Origin: Octopus vulgaris
Taxonomy: Eukaryota
Direction of reading: 5' to 3'
Length of the DNA stretch: 64,000 nucleotides
NCBI GenBank assembly: GCA_951406725.2
Contig: OX597823.1
Coordinates: forward strand, 35,030,001 to 35,094,000
Both the position numbers and the translations under genes were made by a program. Below, in pieces: positions 13,501-28,500 of the stretch (position 1 is its first letter; each line of letters starts with the position of its first letter). Below the pieces are notes generated by a model. It was not told where the DNA came from. It saw nothing but the letters and a program-made list of their open reading frames with translations, and did not search any database.

Positions 13501-16500
13501 CAATGCTCCATGGTGAGCAGGAGGAGCTAAGACTAAGGTGCACACATGCACAAAATGAATCTGTGTTGCAAAACATAATGGCCTAAAGTGATTGATAATA
13601 CTCTTCATTATTAGAGTGTTTTTAAAATGAATGTTTTTTAAAAGACATGCTTCAAAAAGAACAGGGAGAAAAGCAAAATTAACTGATGTGGATATAAACA
13701 GAGAATATTGAATATTCATAACTGAAAAATAAATTATAGGAAAAAAATGTGTTGAATGTGTTCATTGCACAAGAAAAAAGCTGCTGAAGGAATCAACTTA
13801 AAACTTCATTTTGTAAAGTGCCATTGTATAAAAGGGAGCTTTGGACACTTTCATGATAAGAATATAGCATGAAAATATTTTATTGCAGTGTAGTTTCACA
13901 GAAATGCAAATATTACAAATTCTTTGAATCTGAACACAAATAATGTGCAAAAATGGAAATATATAATAATTTTCAGTATGTTCATTTCTGTATTCATCTG
14001 TGTCTCACCTATTAACATGTATTTTTTACTGGACACATTCTGTTAAGTAAATCTACATAGTAAATTGTGTTAGAATACAATGCCAATAGTATATTGACTT
14101 TTAAAAGAATTTTATACTTGCTTTTCAATGAAAATGTTTGTATGAAATATAGAAAAAGAATAAAATCCTGTACTGATTATACCTGTAATTTGACTAATTC
14201 ATATTTATTCACTTGTTCTTGAAAAGTAGTGTAATTGTTAGAGGCTGACATATGGGTCGTTGTTCAATAATTTTAGCAACGAAACAGCTGTTAAGACACA
14301 GTGGTCCAATTTTAGTGTTTGTCTATGAAGTCATTGCTTTTACACCTGTTAATTATTTCAATCTGTCCATTAATGTCAAATTTAAGAAACAAACAAAAGA
14401 AAGGTAAAAATTCATAATTGTAAATCATTGGTATTTAAACACCAGCTGACAAAATTTCAAACCTACATGTAAAAAATCAACAAAGTTACAAACAAATATT
14501 GTTGATACTCCTCTAATGAATGATGAGTTTTGTTTGCAGTCATGCTCATGTCAAAGCAAGTGCAATACACACTTACTCATTCATCTTTCCCGTGTATTAT
14601 GGACATTCATACAGTTTCCGTCTACTAAATTACACTCACAACTTATTGGTCGACCCAAGTTTATAGAAGAGAGTACTTGTCTAAGATGTTACACAGTGAA
14701 ATCAAACCTGAAAGTTCTTAACCTTACACACACACATTTATTTTAAAAGAAACACTAAGTAGTTTTTGTCTTCAATTTTACCTTTTCCTTTACATACTGA
14801 AAATAAACTACATAATGTATTTGCAGTAAAGATTGTTATAAAAGAAACTATGTTTTTCTTACTGAAAAGCATTTTTCATAATTAATAAAGCTGTTATAAT
14901 TTTTGATGACACTTGTGCACTGGTTTTTAATTATACGCAATATATTGTAATCAGGGATTTCTGTCATCTGAACTATAGTGAAGACTACCGAGTTAACTCC
15001 ATGATCCTGATTGGAATTATTTCACATTTGTTTTAATTCCCTTGAAAATTGCATTAACCAGAGCTTACCATTACATCTTCTGTAGTCATCAGAATTAATT
15101 TCACATCAATAAATATCTCATGTGTGCTAAATATCATTTTAAAACATTTTATTTTTCCTTTTGAAATACAATTTTATTTGAATTCATCTCTTGTTCACAA
15201 GGGTTTTGGTGAGGCTGATGTAGAAGCTGTCCCCAAGAGGAAGGAAAAGAAAGCTGAGAATGAGGATAATGATGATGATGATGACGATGACGATGATGAT
15301 CAACAAAAGACTGATTTGAATGATGACAATAATGAAGGTCTTCCTCTGGTATCAGATGATGAAAATGACGAACTTGTTCGAGATTCACAAAGAGAGTAAG
15401 TATTTATTTAGAAATTATTGGTACGAGGAAGTGCAATTTTAATGCTGTGTACTGATATCACACTAGAGAGATGGTTGGCTTCAGACTTTTCAGATTTAAA
15501 AAAATCACATGAAATAATTATCAACATTTTTTTTTACTTCCACTTTCGATACAGGCATGGATTGAATAGGTTACCAAGGTCTTAATTTGTTCTTACTTCA
15601 AGTTACTTCTTACTACCCTCCTAGTTTCGGTCAAGGGACCAAAATTTGGAAGACAGTACCTCTCCCTCATCTCACTTGTAATACATTCTTTGGGAATGGC
15701 TTTGGTGGCTGGATGCCCTTCATAACATCAATCCCTTTACAGCCTGTAGTGGTGCATTTTATTATGATACCAGCATTAAAGAGGCCATGTCTTTGACATA
15801 ATAGGACTAAAGAGTCCTCTCAACTCTATTCTATCTTTGCTTTACAGGATGTACCAGGTACATTTTGTTGAAACACTAGCACTAGAGAGATTGCTTTGAA
15901 TCTTGCAAGACAAAAAGGGGTCCTTGCTGCTGTAGTTCTTCATTTGCTCAGGGCAACAGAACTAATGGAGTGGGCAGGAAAGAGGTAAAAACTGAAATAG
16001 GATGAAAAGGAGAAAGAAGAGAGTTTATGAAATGAGGAACAGAATGATTGAAATAATAGTGTGGAAGAGGAGGTAGAAATAGGAGACAGTGCTAGAGGAG
16101 TGATGAAGAGAGACAAAGGCAGAGTATAATGAGAGTCAGTGATGCCATAGAGTAATAAGGTAGAGGCAATAATAGCAGCTACGTATTTACAGGTTTGAGA
16201 AAGTGCAAGTGTCAGAAATGTTAGGAATGTGTAATGGATGTCAATAATAAGTCATCTAGGAGAGAGTAAGTGGCAGCTACCTGTATAGAAAAGGTAGTAA
16301 TGTTATAAGGAAGAGCATATGTGATGGATGTCGAATAATAGGGCGGTTTGAGGAAGAGAGAGGGATTCTGAGCAGCACAGAAGGGACAGTGCAAAGTATA
16401 CTGATAGATCCAACGCAAAACCTCATTATTCAGGCTTTATTATGCGAGAAAAGCACATTAGTGGTAGTTACTTTGTTTGCTAGTAAGAGAGAGAGAGAGA

Positions 16501-19500
16501 GTGAGCAAGTGATGGATAGACAGAAATGGTTGACAGTAAGACACTGCATTTGGTGGTATGGTGCAATATTTTGGAGAGAGGTGTGAGAGTGTTGAATAGG
16601 AAGCATACAGAAACTTCGTAGGTGACAATGTAAGTTAGAGACCTGACTACATATACCCCAGCTTCCACCAGTTCCTCCATTTAACATGTTTTGCCACCTC
16701 TTTTGTGAGACACAACATCTTGAGTCCTAATTTTACCTTCAATCTCTTTTTCCAGAGATGCCATTTACTGTGAGTACAAGACACTTTCATTTGCAGCTGT
16801 CATTTTCCATGCACATCAAATGTCCAAATCAGTACAATTTTTTTTCTTGACGTGCTACATTCGATTACTCATATATCCAACTTTACTCAATAAAGATAAA
16901 TTAAAAATAATATCTAAAAGTTATAATGAAGCAGATTAAAGTATAAAACTAGAGGTATTACGATTGAAGAAGTGTTTGAAAAGTGAGAGAATTTCTAAAA
17001 TACCTGGTGAAAGACGGCTCTCTAAGCTCATAATAATGTTGAAAGATATGTAAAAAATTATTTTAACTATTTCTCAGCCACTTCACTTCCCTCTTTGATC
17101 ATTGCATATCCCTGATATAATTGTCTTCAGATGTCATAAGATGCCTTTTCTTAGCTCCAGATTTAATAACATTACACCAAGAGAAGATAAGCAATACCAG
17201 TCTGTATTGGCTAACATTTTCAGATTGGTATTTCTAGTTGCATGTAATGCCAGAAAGTAGCTGCCTTGAATATGAATTCACTTGTCATGATCTGTTAGTA
17301 AATTAGCATGAGGTCTTCATTATTGGTGCACTAACAGAAGGTTAACTCTAAAAATGGTGCTCCTTGCACAAATTAATTGTATGATTAGTGAGCATATAAT
17401 CCATCAACTTAATTCTGTTAAGTCAGCAGGGAATGTTTTATGATACTGAATTAAATTAAAGTGCTGTCAAGTTGTTTTTGACAACATTTTCAATTTAATC
17501 CAGTATCATAAAACTTTCCCCACTGACTTAATAGAATTAAGTTGCTGGACTAGATGTTCACTAATTGTAAAATTAATTTGTGCAAGAAGTACTATGGCCT
17601 TCTGTTAGTGCACCAATAATGAAAACCTCATGCTAATTTATTAACAGATCATGACAAGTGAATTTATATTCAAGGCAACTACTTTCTGGCATTACATGCA
17701 ACTGGAAATACTAATCTGAAATATCACAATATGCCTTTTAAAGGTGTACTGTGATATTAAGGAGCTAAAACCATACATAGTAGACTTAAGGGCACAAATG
17801 AAAAACTAGGCACTGATAGAATGATTTCTTATTAGGTATATTAATATAAATGTGTAGATACACACACAATTTATTTATGTTTCTAACTATATTCCATCTA
17901 ACCAATGCAAGCATGAAAAAGTTAAAATGATAATGATGGTGGTGGTAGTAATCTAATGTTTGACAATGTGTTGGAAAAGAAGTGTTAATAGAATTGTGAG
18001 AGTCACAGTCATTCTTCCTCATAAATAGACAGACACTCAGTATTGATATCAATGTTTAAATTTTGAGGAGATTCAATTTTTGATTCTTGAGATGAGGACT
18101 TTCATAAAGGTAAAGATATATAAAATAAATATTTTTGCCGCTTAGTGATCAGGAATAATTGCATGATCCTTGAAGGTAGATGGATTATTGATACATTATT
18201 ATATAGTATACATTGACATTTTTAGTATATTCTCTTATTATATGTCATAGTTGTTCTTACTTAAATACATATATCAACTTTTAGTTCATTAAACATTTTA
18301 AAACTCTTCCTCTTTGACCAGGGATTTTGTATCTGATTTCGATGTCATGCTAGAAAAGAAGAAAGCTGAACGACAAGGGAATCGTCGCAGGCGGAAAGAT
18401 ATTGACATCATTAATGATAATGATGACCTTATTGCTGATATGGTACAGAAAATGAAGGTAGCTGCTGAGGTACAGTTTGATTTTTGTCATATTCCCATTT
18501 TTCTTTCTCTGGTGTCTGATTTTCTGTCTTTCTGACTGTAGGATCCTCCACTTCTTGCTTTATTGATATCATTCTGTTTATCTTTTATAGAGAAGCTCAT
18601 TATTTGTCTCTCATAAATTAAAGTCAATTTCACAACTTAAAAATAATGCAAGGTCTCATGTTAAATATGACAGTAAACACGCAGGCCAATTTCTGTATAA
18701 TGACTAATTTGTTCAAAAAAGAATTTCAACATTGAAATAAAATTTAGTAAATATAATTTGATGATACTCAATTCCAATGCACTTCCATTGCAATATTCTA
18801 AATAAAAGAATGTTTGGAAATATTTTCAAATAATTTAGGTTTTATTTCATTTTATTGTTTTCTATTTATCTAAGATAATTTGTAACTTATGTTTTTGAGT
18901 TACTAATCCCACTCTTCCATGGTTATAAATTTAGACCTCATAACTGCCATTATACTGTTCTAACCAAGGTACAAAACTTTGTTTACGTTAATTTGCCTTG
19001 CTAATAGTAGACTTCACTCCTATTCTGTAGTTCTGTGGCAGGAAGCATATGAACTGTAAAAATATCTCTTCAAGCAATATTCAAATATCTAAATGTGAAG
19101 AACCATCCTTTCATTCTTGTTGCCCTGGAAATCTATTACTTGCAAAGTTTTCTTCATAAGCCTGGCATAAAAAGAACACTCTGTTTTTATCCTATGAGGA
19201 TTAGTTATGAGGGAAGTAGCAGATCTTATTAACTGGTGTGTGATAAAGTAAATTAAAAAATCCACTCTTGAATAGCATGACAGTAAATACAGAAAAAAAT
19301 TTGTGAAATGTATGAAACCAGTCTCATCATTGTATGTATTATGTGAAAGTCAGCTGGGTGAAGCTCTCTTCAAAGTATTCACTGTTGCCAGAAAGTCCAT
19401 TTTGTCTTTTGTGTTGTGTACGAAATAACTGCACTCTTCAAAGTATTGACTACTGCTAGAAAATACTGGGACAAGATGTAAAGGAAATAAAATGGAATGT

Positions 19501-22500
19501 TTCTATCAAGAATGAAACTGGCTGATTTGGATAACTGATTGCTTACTGCTTTTATGGTAACAATGCATGTAGAATGCACATGTTAATCTTTTCAACTAAA
19601 ATAATTTTTTGCTTTCCTTTTAGGAAGATAGAGAGTTAAACCAATCAAAAAAAGCTGCTACAAAGAAACTTAAATACCTTCCGTTTGTTTATTCTCAACT
19701 TAAAAAGTAAGTTTTTTTTTTCTTTTTGTAATGCTAAGTAATTAATATTTCTGCTTATGTCTTGCAAGTAAGATAAGTAAATGACTAAAAGATTATTGAA
19801 CAAGTTATTTGAAAATTGATGACAGTGATATCATTTTATCAATGATGGTTGTTGTATAAAATCTGGTTTAAGGTCTGATAATTTTATGTCTTCTGTTAAA
19901 TGAAGTCAGGGTATATATCAATAAACATATGCAAAGGCAAGTTACAGTTGACTGCACTGGAACATTTATTACTGTCACTAAAATTATATACAGCAAACTG
20001 GTAGGACATTAATAATTGTCAATACATTGTGTAGATGTATAGGTTCCAATCTTCATAAAAATGGAAGATAGAAGGTTAGAAAAATTTGAAGCATAGCATC
20101 AAAAATTCTGGTTACAGTTCTGTTTAAAATGTTGGTAAGACACTAAACATAGCGTCAAGGATTCTGGTTACAATTCTGCATAGTGGAATCAAACTACTCT
20201 CATATCAAAGATCCAAAATTGCTCATAGCAAAACTCACTTTCCTAATAACTAGCAGGGAAAATAGTCCTTTAAATAGCTGGCATAGGGATGCTAGGTGAG
20301 TCCATCATGTTAAGGGGTGGACAGTCCAAGTAAAGCTAAGTGGACTGGACCATCACATGATGAACCAAAAATAGGTAGCTAAAAGAAAGAAGCCACACTA
20401 TGGGTAGCTAAAGGTCAAGAGTAATCAAGCCTCTGCTATATCATTATTATATCTAGCAGGAATGGATACATTTAAGTGTATAGAGATAATGGTACTACAG
20501 AAGATATAAAGAAAGGGTCAAGTCTCTTGGAGTGTTGTGATGAAAGCGATCATCTTGCATCACATACATGACTATGTGGTCATCTTTTCTAATGAGTTCA
20601 GTTATCCACTGTGTCCTTTGGATTGATGATGTTATAACTGTTGTCATTAATGGAGGCTCTACAGACTGGATATTCTGTACTTTCATCAGTTTTGGGTCCT
20701 CGTGACTTTTATTTTTGATTGTACTCTTTTGGTCATTACCCAACATTCATGACCATAGGTGAGGATAGGCACAAAAACCAAATTTCCTTTTAATCAGTGT
20801 AATTGAATACCTCTATTTTGCAGATACAAAAAAAATATATAAACTTATAACCCATAAGCCAGTAATTAGTTCAGTAATGATGATATTAAAGAATAAAAAA
20901 TAATAAAAAAATATCCAGATAGAATCTATTCTAAATTTGATTTCAATTTTTTGTACTTATTTTGTTTATTTTCTATCCAGAACTGATCTCCATATTGCCT
21001 TCCTTGATTGTGGTATTTTGAGTGCTATGACAGTAAGTACTTTTGGATTTCTTTCTTGCATTATTCTTTGAGTTGTTGCATTTTACCATTCTGTTATGTG
21101 TTAATTTGAAACTTTCACATGACACACTACTTGTTACATAACAATTCTTGTTTTGGAAATTTGAATATTTGCATAATTGAGAAATATTTTTCTAGCTGAT
21201 TACAATTGTTGGAAGCAAGGGAAGCAGAGAATATTAGTTAATGTTCAACAAAGTGATAGTGATGATATTTGAATTCGTTATTCTATATTGATATCCAAGT
21301 ATCCAAGTTAACTCTGCTTGATAATTAGATTATCAATACTGTAATATGTTAGCAAACTACAGTTTATGGACAACTATTTATATTCTAATTTTACTTTTGA
21401 TTTTTTTCTAGGAATGGTTGGCTCCACTACCTGATCGGAGTTTACCTCATTTATCCATTAGAGAAAATTTCTTAAGAATTTTAATAGAGGTAATTTTTTT
21501 GTTCTATATTACTTCTTTTTAATTGGATGATTGTAAATATCTTGTGTATGTACTTTTTGTTCAACACCCACAGATTCACTGCTTGGACACATTGTCAGTG
21601 TTGTGCTCTGAAGTCAGTCTGTGTTTTTAGTCTTACATCAAACACCCCCATCCAGGCAATCCAACATAGGTTGGTCAACCCTAGGACTGTATCCTGGTGG
21701 AATTGTAGATCTGTCACCACCAATCACCTCTTTTCAGCCAGAGTCATCTCGGTGCTTTTTCAGCAGCCTTTACATTGTTCTTCATGGCAAGCCCTTGACT
21801 GCCAACTCCCACAGGCAAACATCTTGTTCTCCATCCATTCTTGCAGAAGTCCTGCAGCAACTACTAATATTTGGTTCTCCTCTTCTCTTGTACCTTCTCC
21901 ATCCTCTCCTCCCAAGGCATAGTTCACTCCAATTGTTGACCATATGGGACAAACTTAATGTGCAATACCCCCTTGAAATTTCACCTAACACTCAGCAAAT
22001 TGCCCTTTATTGTCAACAGGTTCTGAAGCCTGGCCAGAATAAATCCATGTATTTCTTTCATTAGGATTATGAAAATAGATCCAGTTTTCATTCTCAATTA
22101 CAATTCAATGTCAAAAACAGGCATCTTGAGAATTTACCTGGTCATCGGTCAGTTCATGAGGAGCTTCTTGACAGTGTCTGTTCACAAGGCCAAACTTATA
22201 GAGGTGTCAATTACTAGTGCTTTGTGAAGAACCAAATTCTGCCAGCAATGTACAAGTGCTTGTGCTTGGTTGTTGTTCTACTATTTCAAGCAAGGCCTTA
22301 TTTTGCACAACAAAAAATCTCCCTGGTTTTGGTTTGTCTTCAAGGCTGGTGTCACCTTCCTTGATTCATTTGAACCAGTTTTGTACCACATATTCATTGA
22401 AAGTTCCTGGGCCTTCTACATCATTAATTTCTTTTGCTACTGCCCTTGGACTCATTCCTTTTTTCCATAGGGAACATAAAAAGCTCTAATTGAAATTATT

Positions 22501-25500
22501 CAGGGTTCAGGATTGCCATTCCTCACAATCACTCCTTTCTACATCCAGTGATCAGTGTCAGCATGTGCATTGAGGTCTCCTTGTAGGAAAAATGATTCAG
22601 TTTTAACTACATCTAAAGCTGCAGGGACCTCATTAAAGAAGGATTTGTATTTGGCTTGCTGTTTGGTGCATATACTTGCAACATCCACTGTGAGCCTTCC
22701 TTCAGTGTAAGCTTCCGGAGGCAAACTCTCCCACCTAGTGGGATCCATTCCTTAAAATCTGACAGCCAGAGACTTTGGGATTTGTAAGTATCCCTGCATT
22801 TGCCTGTGCAGACATAGTTGGCACCACACATGAGTAATGGAGTTTTCACCCTCTATCCAAATCTGCAAAACCAGAACCATGGAATTGTGTGCAGGAGACA
22901 CAAGCCATATCTAGTTGATAGAATTTGGCCTCCTCCATTAGTTCTTGCTCTTTATTGTGAGGGTCGTAACGTACCCAATCCTTGATGGTTGTTCCATCTT
23001 GGATCTGTTTCAGAGTGCTGAAATATGCATCCTTTGTGCTCTCATCTCACACTACCAAGAACAAATTACAAGCTTAATGTTGGTTGTACTCGCATGGAAT
23101 GGAGATTGCAATATATATATTTTTTTTAACAGAACCCTTTACCTAAGATCCAAATGTGTCCCTTGTTTATCCACATGATAGACAATGTAATATAGTTGTT
23201 CTTTTAAGCCCCTTTTGTATTACAGTTTCCAGTAGTCTTACTCACACCAGGCACCAAGCTGGTTTTATATTTGACTTATAAAAGGATAGGTTAATGCCTT
23301 ACAAATTCTCCTGGTACCATGAACTTTGACTTGTCAACTTTTGTTTCAGTTCAGAAATAATGAAGTAAAGCATCACATTGTTCTAATATCACTGTAATGA
23401 TTATTTGTCAGGAAAACAACCTTGTTTGTGCAAGTTCAGATATTTCTTATGGAAAGGGGTCACAATAACTTCTTTTCTTGAATAAGTGTGAAATCCAATT
23501 GCTCTTCCTGCTGCAAGAAAAGTAAGATGTTAAATATTTTATGAAAATATCTATACATGGGGGCAACTCAAAAAATGAAAGAAGGACAAATATCCTATAT
23601 TAAAAGCAAAAGGTACACCATCTTTCAATATTTTCAGGAACCTATGTTTGGTGCCCAACAAGAAAGAATACCTATTATTTCAAATTCAGTTTTTTTTTTT
23701 CTATAAGAATATTTCTTTCATGCAAGGTATATTTCACAGCATTATAAAGACCAAGAGCTTGTGATATTCTGCTTTTTCAAATCAAAGTATCTCATAACTA
23801 AAGCAAAAATTTGGGTAACTGAAATGTCTATACTTTCATCAATTATGTCAGAAAACTTTTGTATCTTACAGATATCTGTTGAAGATTATCAACTTTTGTA
23901 AAGGGAATGTTATGTTCAACATAACAGCTGGAAACAAACAATTTACTTTTGGTTGTTTGTTCATTTTCTTTGCACTTTTTTCTTCTTCATAAGTTGCTAC
24001 TAGATTTAGCCATATCAAAGCATCACTTATGTTTGACTGGTGTTACAGTACTTACTTAAGTTTTATCGTGTTGAAACCAATGTTTCAATCAGGATATTGC
24101 CATCATTCTTCCTTCAATGACTGCATCTACTATGTCTTCTTTTTGTTTCTTAGTGGGGGTTCACATTTTATCACTCAATATTATAATATACAAAATGTAG
24201 CAAGATTAAGGCAGCTTGGAAAATGGAACCACTCATAGAAGTTAGGATACATGACAATCATCATTGATAACATCATTATTAATTATGATGCTATTGTTAT
24301 CACTATTACCAAAATGGTGGTGCATGCCACAAATGGTAAACACTTGATTAATTGCTATGAACTATTTAGCTATATCAGCCTACATTCTGAGTTCAATCAT
24401 GTAGATAATTCCCTGGTTGGTTTAATCATTGACTATATCCTCTTCCAAAATGTGTGGTCTTGCTCCAATGTTAGAAATCATTATTACTATAAAAAGAAAT
24501 CATTTTTAATGGTAGCATGCTAAAATATTTTATTTTATCTTAGTATATCATGATATCAAATTCCTCCATGTTCACATGTTCAACTTAGCTCTTTATTCAT
24601 CTAGGGATGATAGAGTAAGTACTAGTCAAGTTTTTCTAGGCAATTGAATTCACTCATCTTCAAATTTGTTCTGTTGAGAAAAAGATTATTGTAATTTTAT
24701 ATTTGGAATGCTCTCGTGAAAATAAATATGATTTTTATTTGTTGTTAGTTTCCACCAATTGGAACAGATAGCTTAAAGAGCAGTGGTATAGGAAAAGCAG
24801 TAATGTATTTATATAAACATCCTAAAGAAACCCGAGGAAATAAAATCTGTGCTGGAAAACTAATAAGTATGTAAACTCTTATTTATTACTTATATATATA
24901 TATGTACAATAAAGTTTGTGAAATGGCATGTAAAGCTTTATTATTAACCACAGTTCTGTGACTAGAGAAAATACATGCTACAAGTGTCAAATTTGTTGTA
25001 AGATATTGATATTCTAAATGTATGAGTACAAATCCTGGTAGAGACTAATTAGCCTGTGTCCTGTTCAGGTTACAGTATTTATGTGTAACACTCACTTTTT
25101 TAGCAGAAGTTTAAACCTATATATGAATTAAATGTTAGTCTTCTTTCTCAGTCAAATGCATTTTCATATACAGGATGGCATAACCATGAGTAAGTTATTT
25201 CTATTTTCTGAGTTAACTGTTGGGTAATGAAGAATTGAAATCACTAAGTAATTTTATGATAACTAGTGGGACCCATGAATATTTCATGGAATTAATGGCA
25301 AACTTATGGGGTTATTTCAGAAAACTTGATCCAAAAAAACCTGAAAGCATAGCCTATGTTGTGTCTGTATCAAAAAATAGTCATTCATCTGCTAATCATT
25401 GAAAAGTGAAGGAAATTGAAATACGATGATGTTGTATAGTGAAACTGTATACCCCTCCTGGTAAAAAGTGTTGGAGACAGCTATTATAGACGAGTAGATA

Positions 25501-28500
25501 GTTGTCAAGAGAGGGCCAAGGGTTGACAATTTTAGTTGGTGTCTTGTGGAACTAGCGGTAGTAAGACAGAAATTAGTGTATTACTATTCCAGTACAGAGA
25601 GGTACAACAGTATCCAATAACTAATAGCTATTGTGGCTACTAGCGTAAAACATATAAATGCATATTATTTAAAACTGTTTTGAGAGTAATCATTGAAAGG
25701 TTTGTAGGAGTCATATTTAGGCATATCTTATATGATAGTACTCCAGAAGGTTATCTTTGTTGTAACCCATATGAATAGGATTTAATCTCACCATTACAGC
25801 TAATACATAGTCAGTTAATGATGTTCCACTGGTCAAAGTAACATGATTGTTTAGAGGATTAACTGTCATTTTTTTTTCTCATCTCTAAGTATATGATATG
25901 ATTTGCAAGCCAATGAACCTCTAGTAAGTTGCTTTCCCACAACTTTGTGCCTGTGGTACTAAGTTACTCTGAAGTAAGCTGCTCTCAAAAAAAGGTAAGA
26001 GGACTTAGGTGGTATGTCAGTAGTGGTAAGATTTGATTTAGCTGGCATCTTTCTAACATATCTATCCATTTGCCTGATCTGAAAAATATAATTTGTAAAA
26101 TGTTTGCATTTTTTGTTGTATTTAATGACTTTGGAAGTTAAAAACTGAATATGTCTATTTCAGATGAATGGTCTCGACCAATTTTCAACTTAACATCAGA
26201 CTATAGCATGTTGTCAAAAGAAGATCGAGAAGAAAGAGATTACCAACAGTTGCCTAAAAAACGGAGAGTTAGGTGTGCTTTCTATTTTAGCATTTCTCTC
26301 TTTATTTTTCCTTCAAGTTAGTTATTGGCTTCCCACCTAGAAAGTATAGTTTATATATTAGTTGCAGACTTTTCATTACTAGTTTAAATAAAATTACTAC
26401 TAATTCTACATGATAATGCTTTGATTTTGATTTTTCTAGTTTCAGCTAATGAGCTGTTGCCATGCTGGGGCACCGCCATTTATCTCTTTATTTTATGCAC
26501 ATATCATAAAATTTCCAAAATTAAGTACTGTTTATACTGATTCAGTTTTTTATGCCTTCATATATAAATGGCCTTTCATTGGCATACATGTTTTACCACC
26601 AGATGTCTTTTCTGCCACTAAACACTCAGACTTCACAACCACAGTGTTTTGAGTTCTCTCCCTTTGCACAGCAGTGTTTAGTGCATTGATCAAGGGCCAC
26701 AATACAATAGCAGTAATAAGATGTGATCTTCAGTTTTATGGTCTATAGTCTACACCTTAACCTCACAACCATTGTACCTACTTTAATGTAAAATAATTGT
26801 CCTTTCTTTCATTCTGTCACTCATTTCTCTTGATGTTATCGTTTTCTCTTGTTTTAATATTACTTGACCCCAACAAATCTTTTCATTACAGTGATCAAGG
26901 TGGAGAGACACCCCGGAGAGACATAGATAAAGCATTAAATAGTGAAGAAAAGTAAGCTGATTTTCATTAAAATTTTTAATTTATAGTTTTAGTCTCAGAT
27001 TAGAGATTTGTTTTTATTTCCTATAGTTTCATACAATATCTTTTTTCTGATAAAGGTTTTCAGTAAGATAACAGAAAATATTGTCAAGAACAGGAGATTA
27101 CTGGAGAAAAGATGTCTAATTGATTTGGCTTTGAAGGAGCTAAATTTGTAGTTGATTGTTTACAACTACTTCAATCTTTTTTTTAAGATATCAATAGTGA
27201 CGGCTAAAGGCTGGTAATTGGCAGTCAAGAGAATATCCTGTCTTGGAGGGTGGGTACGCATGTCCTGATGTTACTGATCATTCATTGGACTGCAAATTTT
27301 GACAATTTTTATGGTGAAACAGCAAGAGGATTTTTTTTGTGCTATATGCAGAATGGAATTGGAAACAAAGGAAGCAGCAAATGTAGTAGCATTACTTGCA
27401 GGTGTATTGTTTATAGAGTTGTTTCACTTACTCTGATATGTTACGAGTATTTTGTTTTATTGATATTAGAACCTGAATTCAAAATAAAGTGGGATGAAAT
27501 TACCATAATGTTTACTTGCTTCACTGTATATAGTAAATTCTAATAATAGTAAGCATGAGAACTACAAGGGAAGAACTGGAAATTATGACATTCATACTGC
27601 CTAATTTAGAGAGAAGGGAAGTATCATTAATAGTGCATGTAGGTTTTAATGTGCTGAAAGATGTACACAGAAAATTCTTTATAAATAGAAAGTATCTTAG
27701 TGAAGGAAAGAATACCAAAATCTAACGAATTGTCAGTGACCTACAAAGAAAAGAGGAGATTCAAGAAATTAAGAATTAGTTTAAAATTAAAATTTTGTAA
27801 CTTTTTCTTTATGTAAAGTTGTCTTGTGGTGACTATATGGCACTGACAGGATTCGTGATGACTGAACTGTGTCCACTGCTTTCGCCATACCTGCTAACAA
27901 AGATCAGACTCTCCTTTGAACATGAAGTTTTTTATAATTTGTAATTACCTGAAATTGTAATTTTTTTTTTTAGATGCTAATGATTCCTACTATTTTCTAT
28001 TTTCTTTCTCTAACCAAGTTTCAAATTATTAAGAATTTTTTGAACATTAACATCTGTTTGAACTAAAGAAAATCTTGAGCTTAATTTTGTTTTACAAAAT
28101 ATTTTAGCCTGTCTTTCCAACAATAACAAATATTTATATATTATGATGTATAAGTACACAAAATATTGGGCTAGCAATCCATGGATAATGAGTTCAAATT
28201 CACTGCAAGTTATCTGTTGTCACTCTGAATATAACATTTAATCCTATATGAATCAGTTACTTATTTGAGTTAGAGCTTTATTTCTCTTCTACAGATATTA
28301 TGAGGTTCTTGCCAAGTTAAGAGATTTAAACATGTATTTTGTGTTAAAACCAGGCATTTTACTTAAATTAATGAAAGAAAGGATTTTACAGCTTGGTTCA
28401 TTCTTCTTTTTGATATTAACCAATCAGTCATAGAGTATTGAGTTTCAAGTTTCTCTTATATTACATTCTGTTGTTTCCTTTGCAGAGCACTTCGTCCTGG

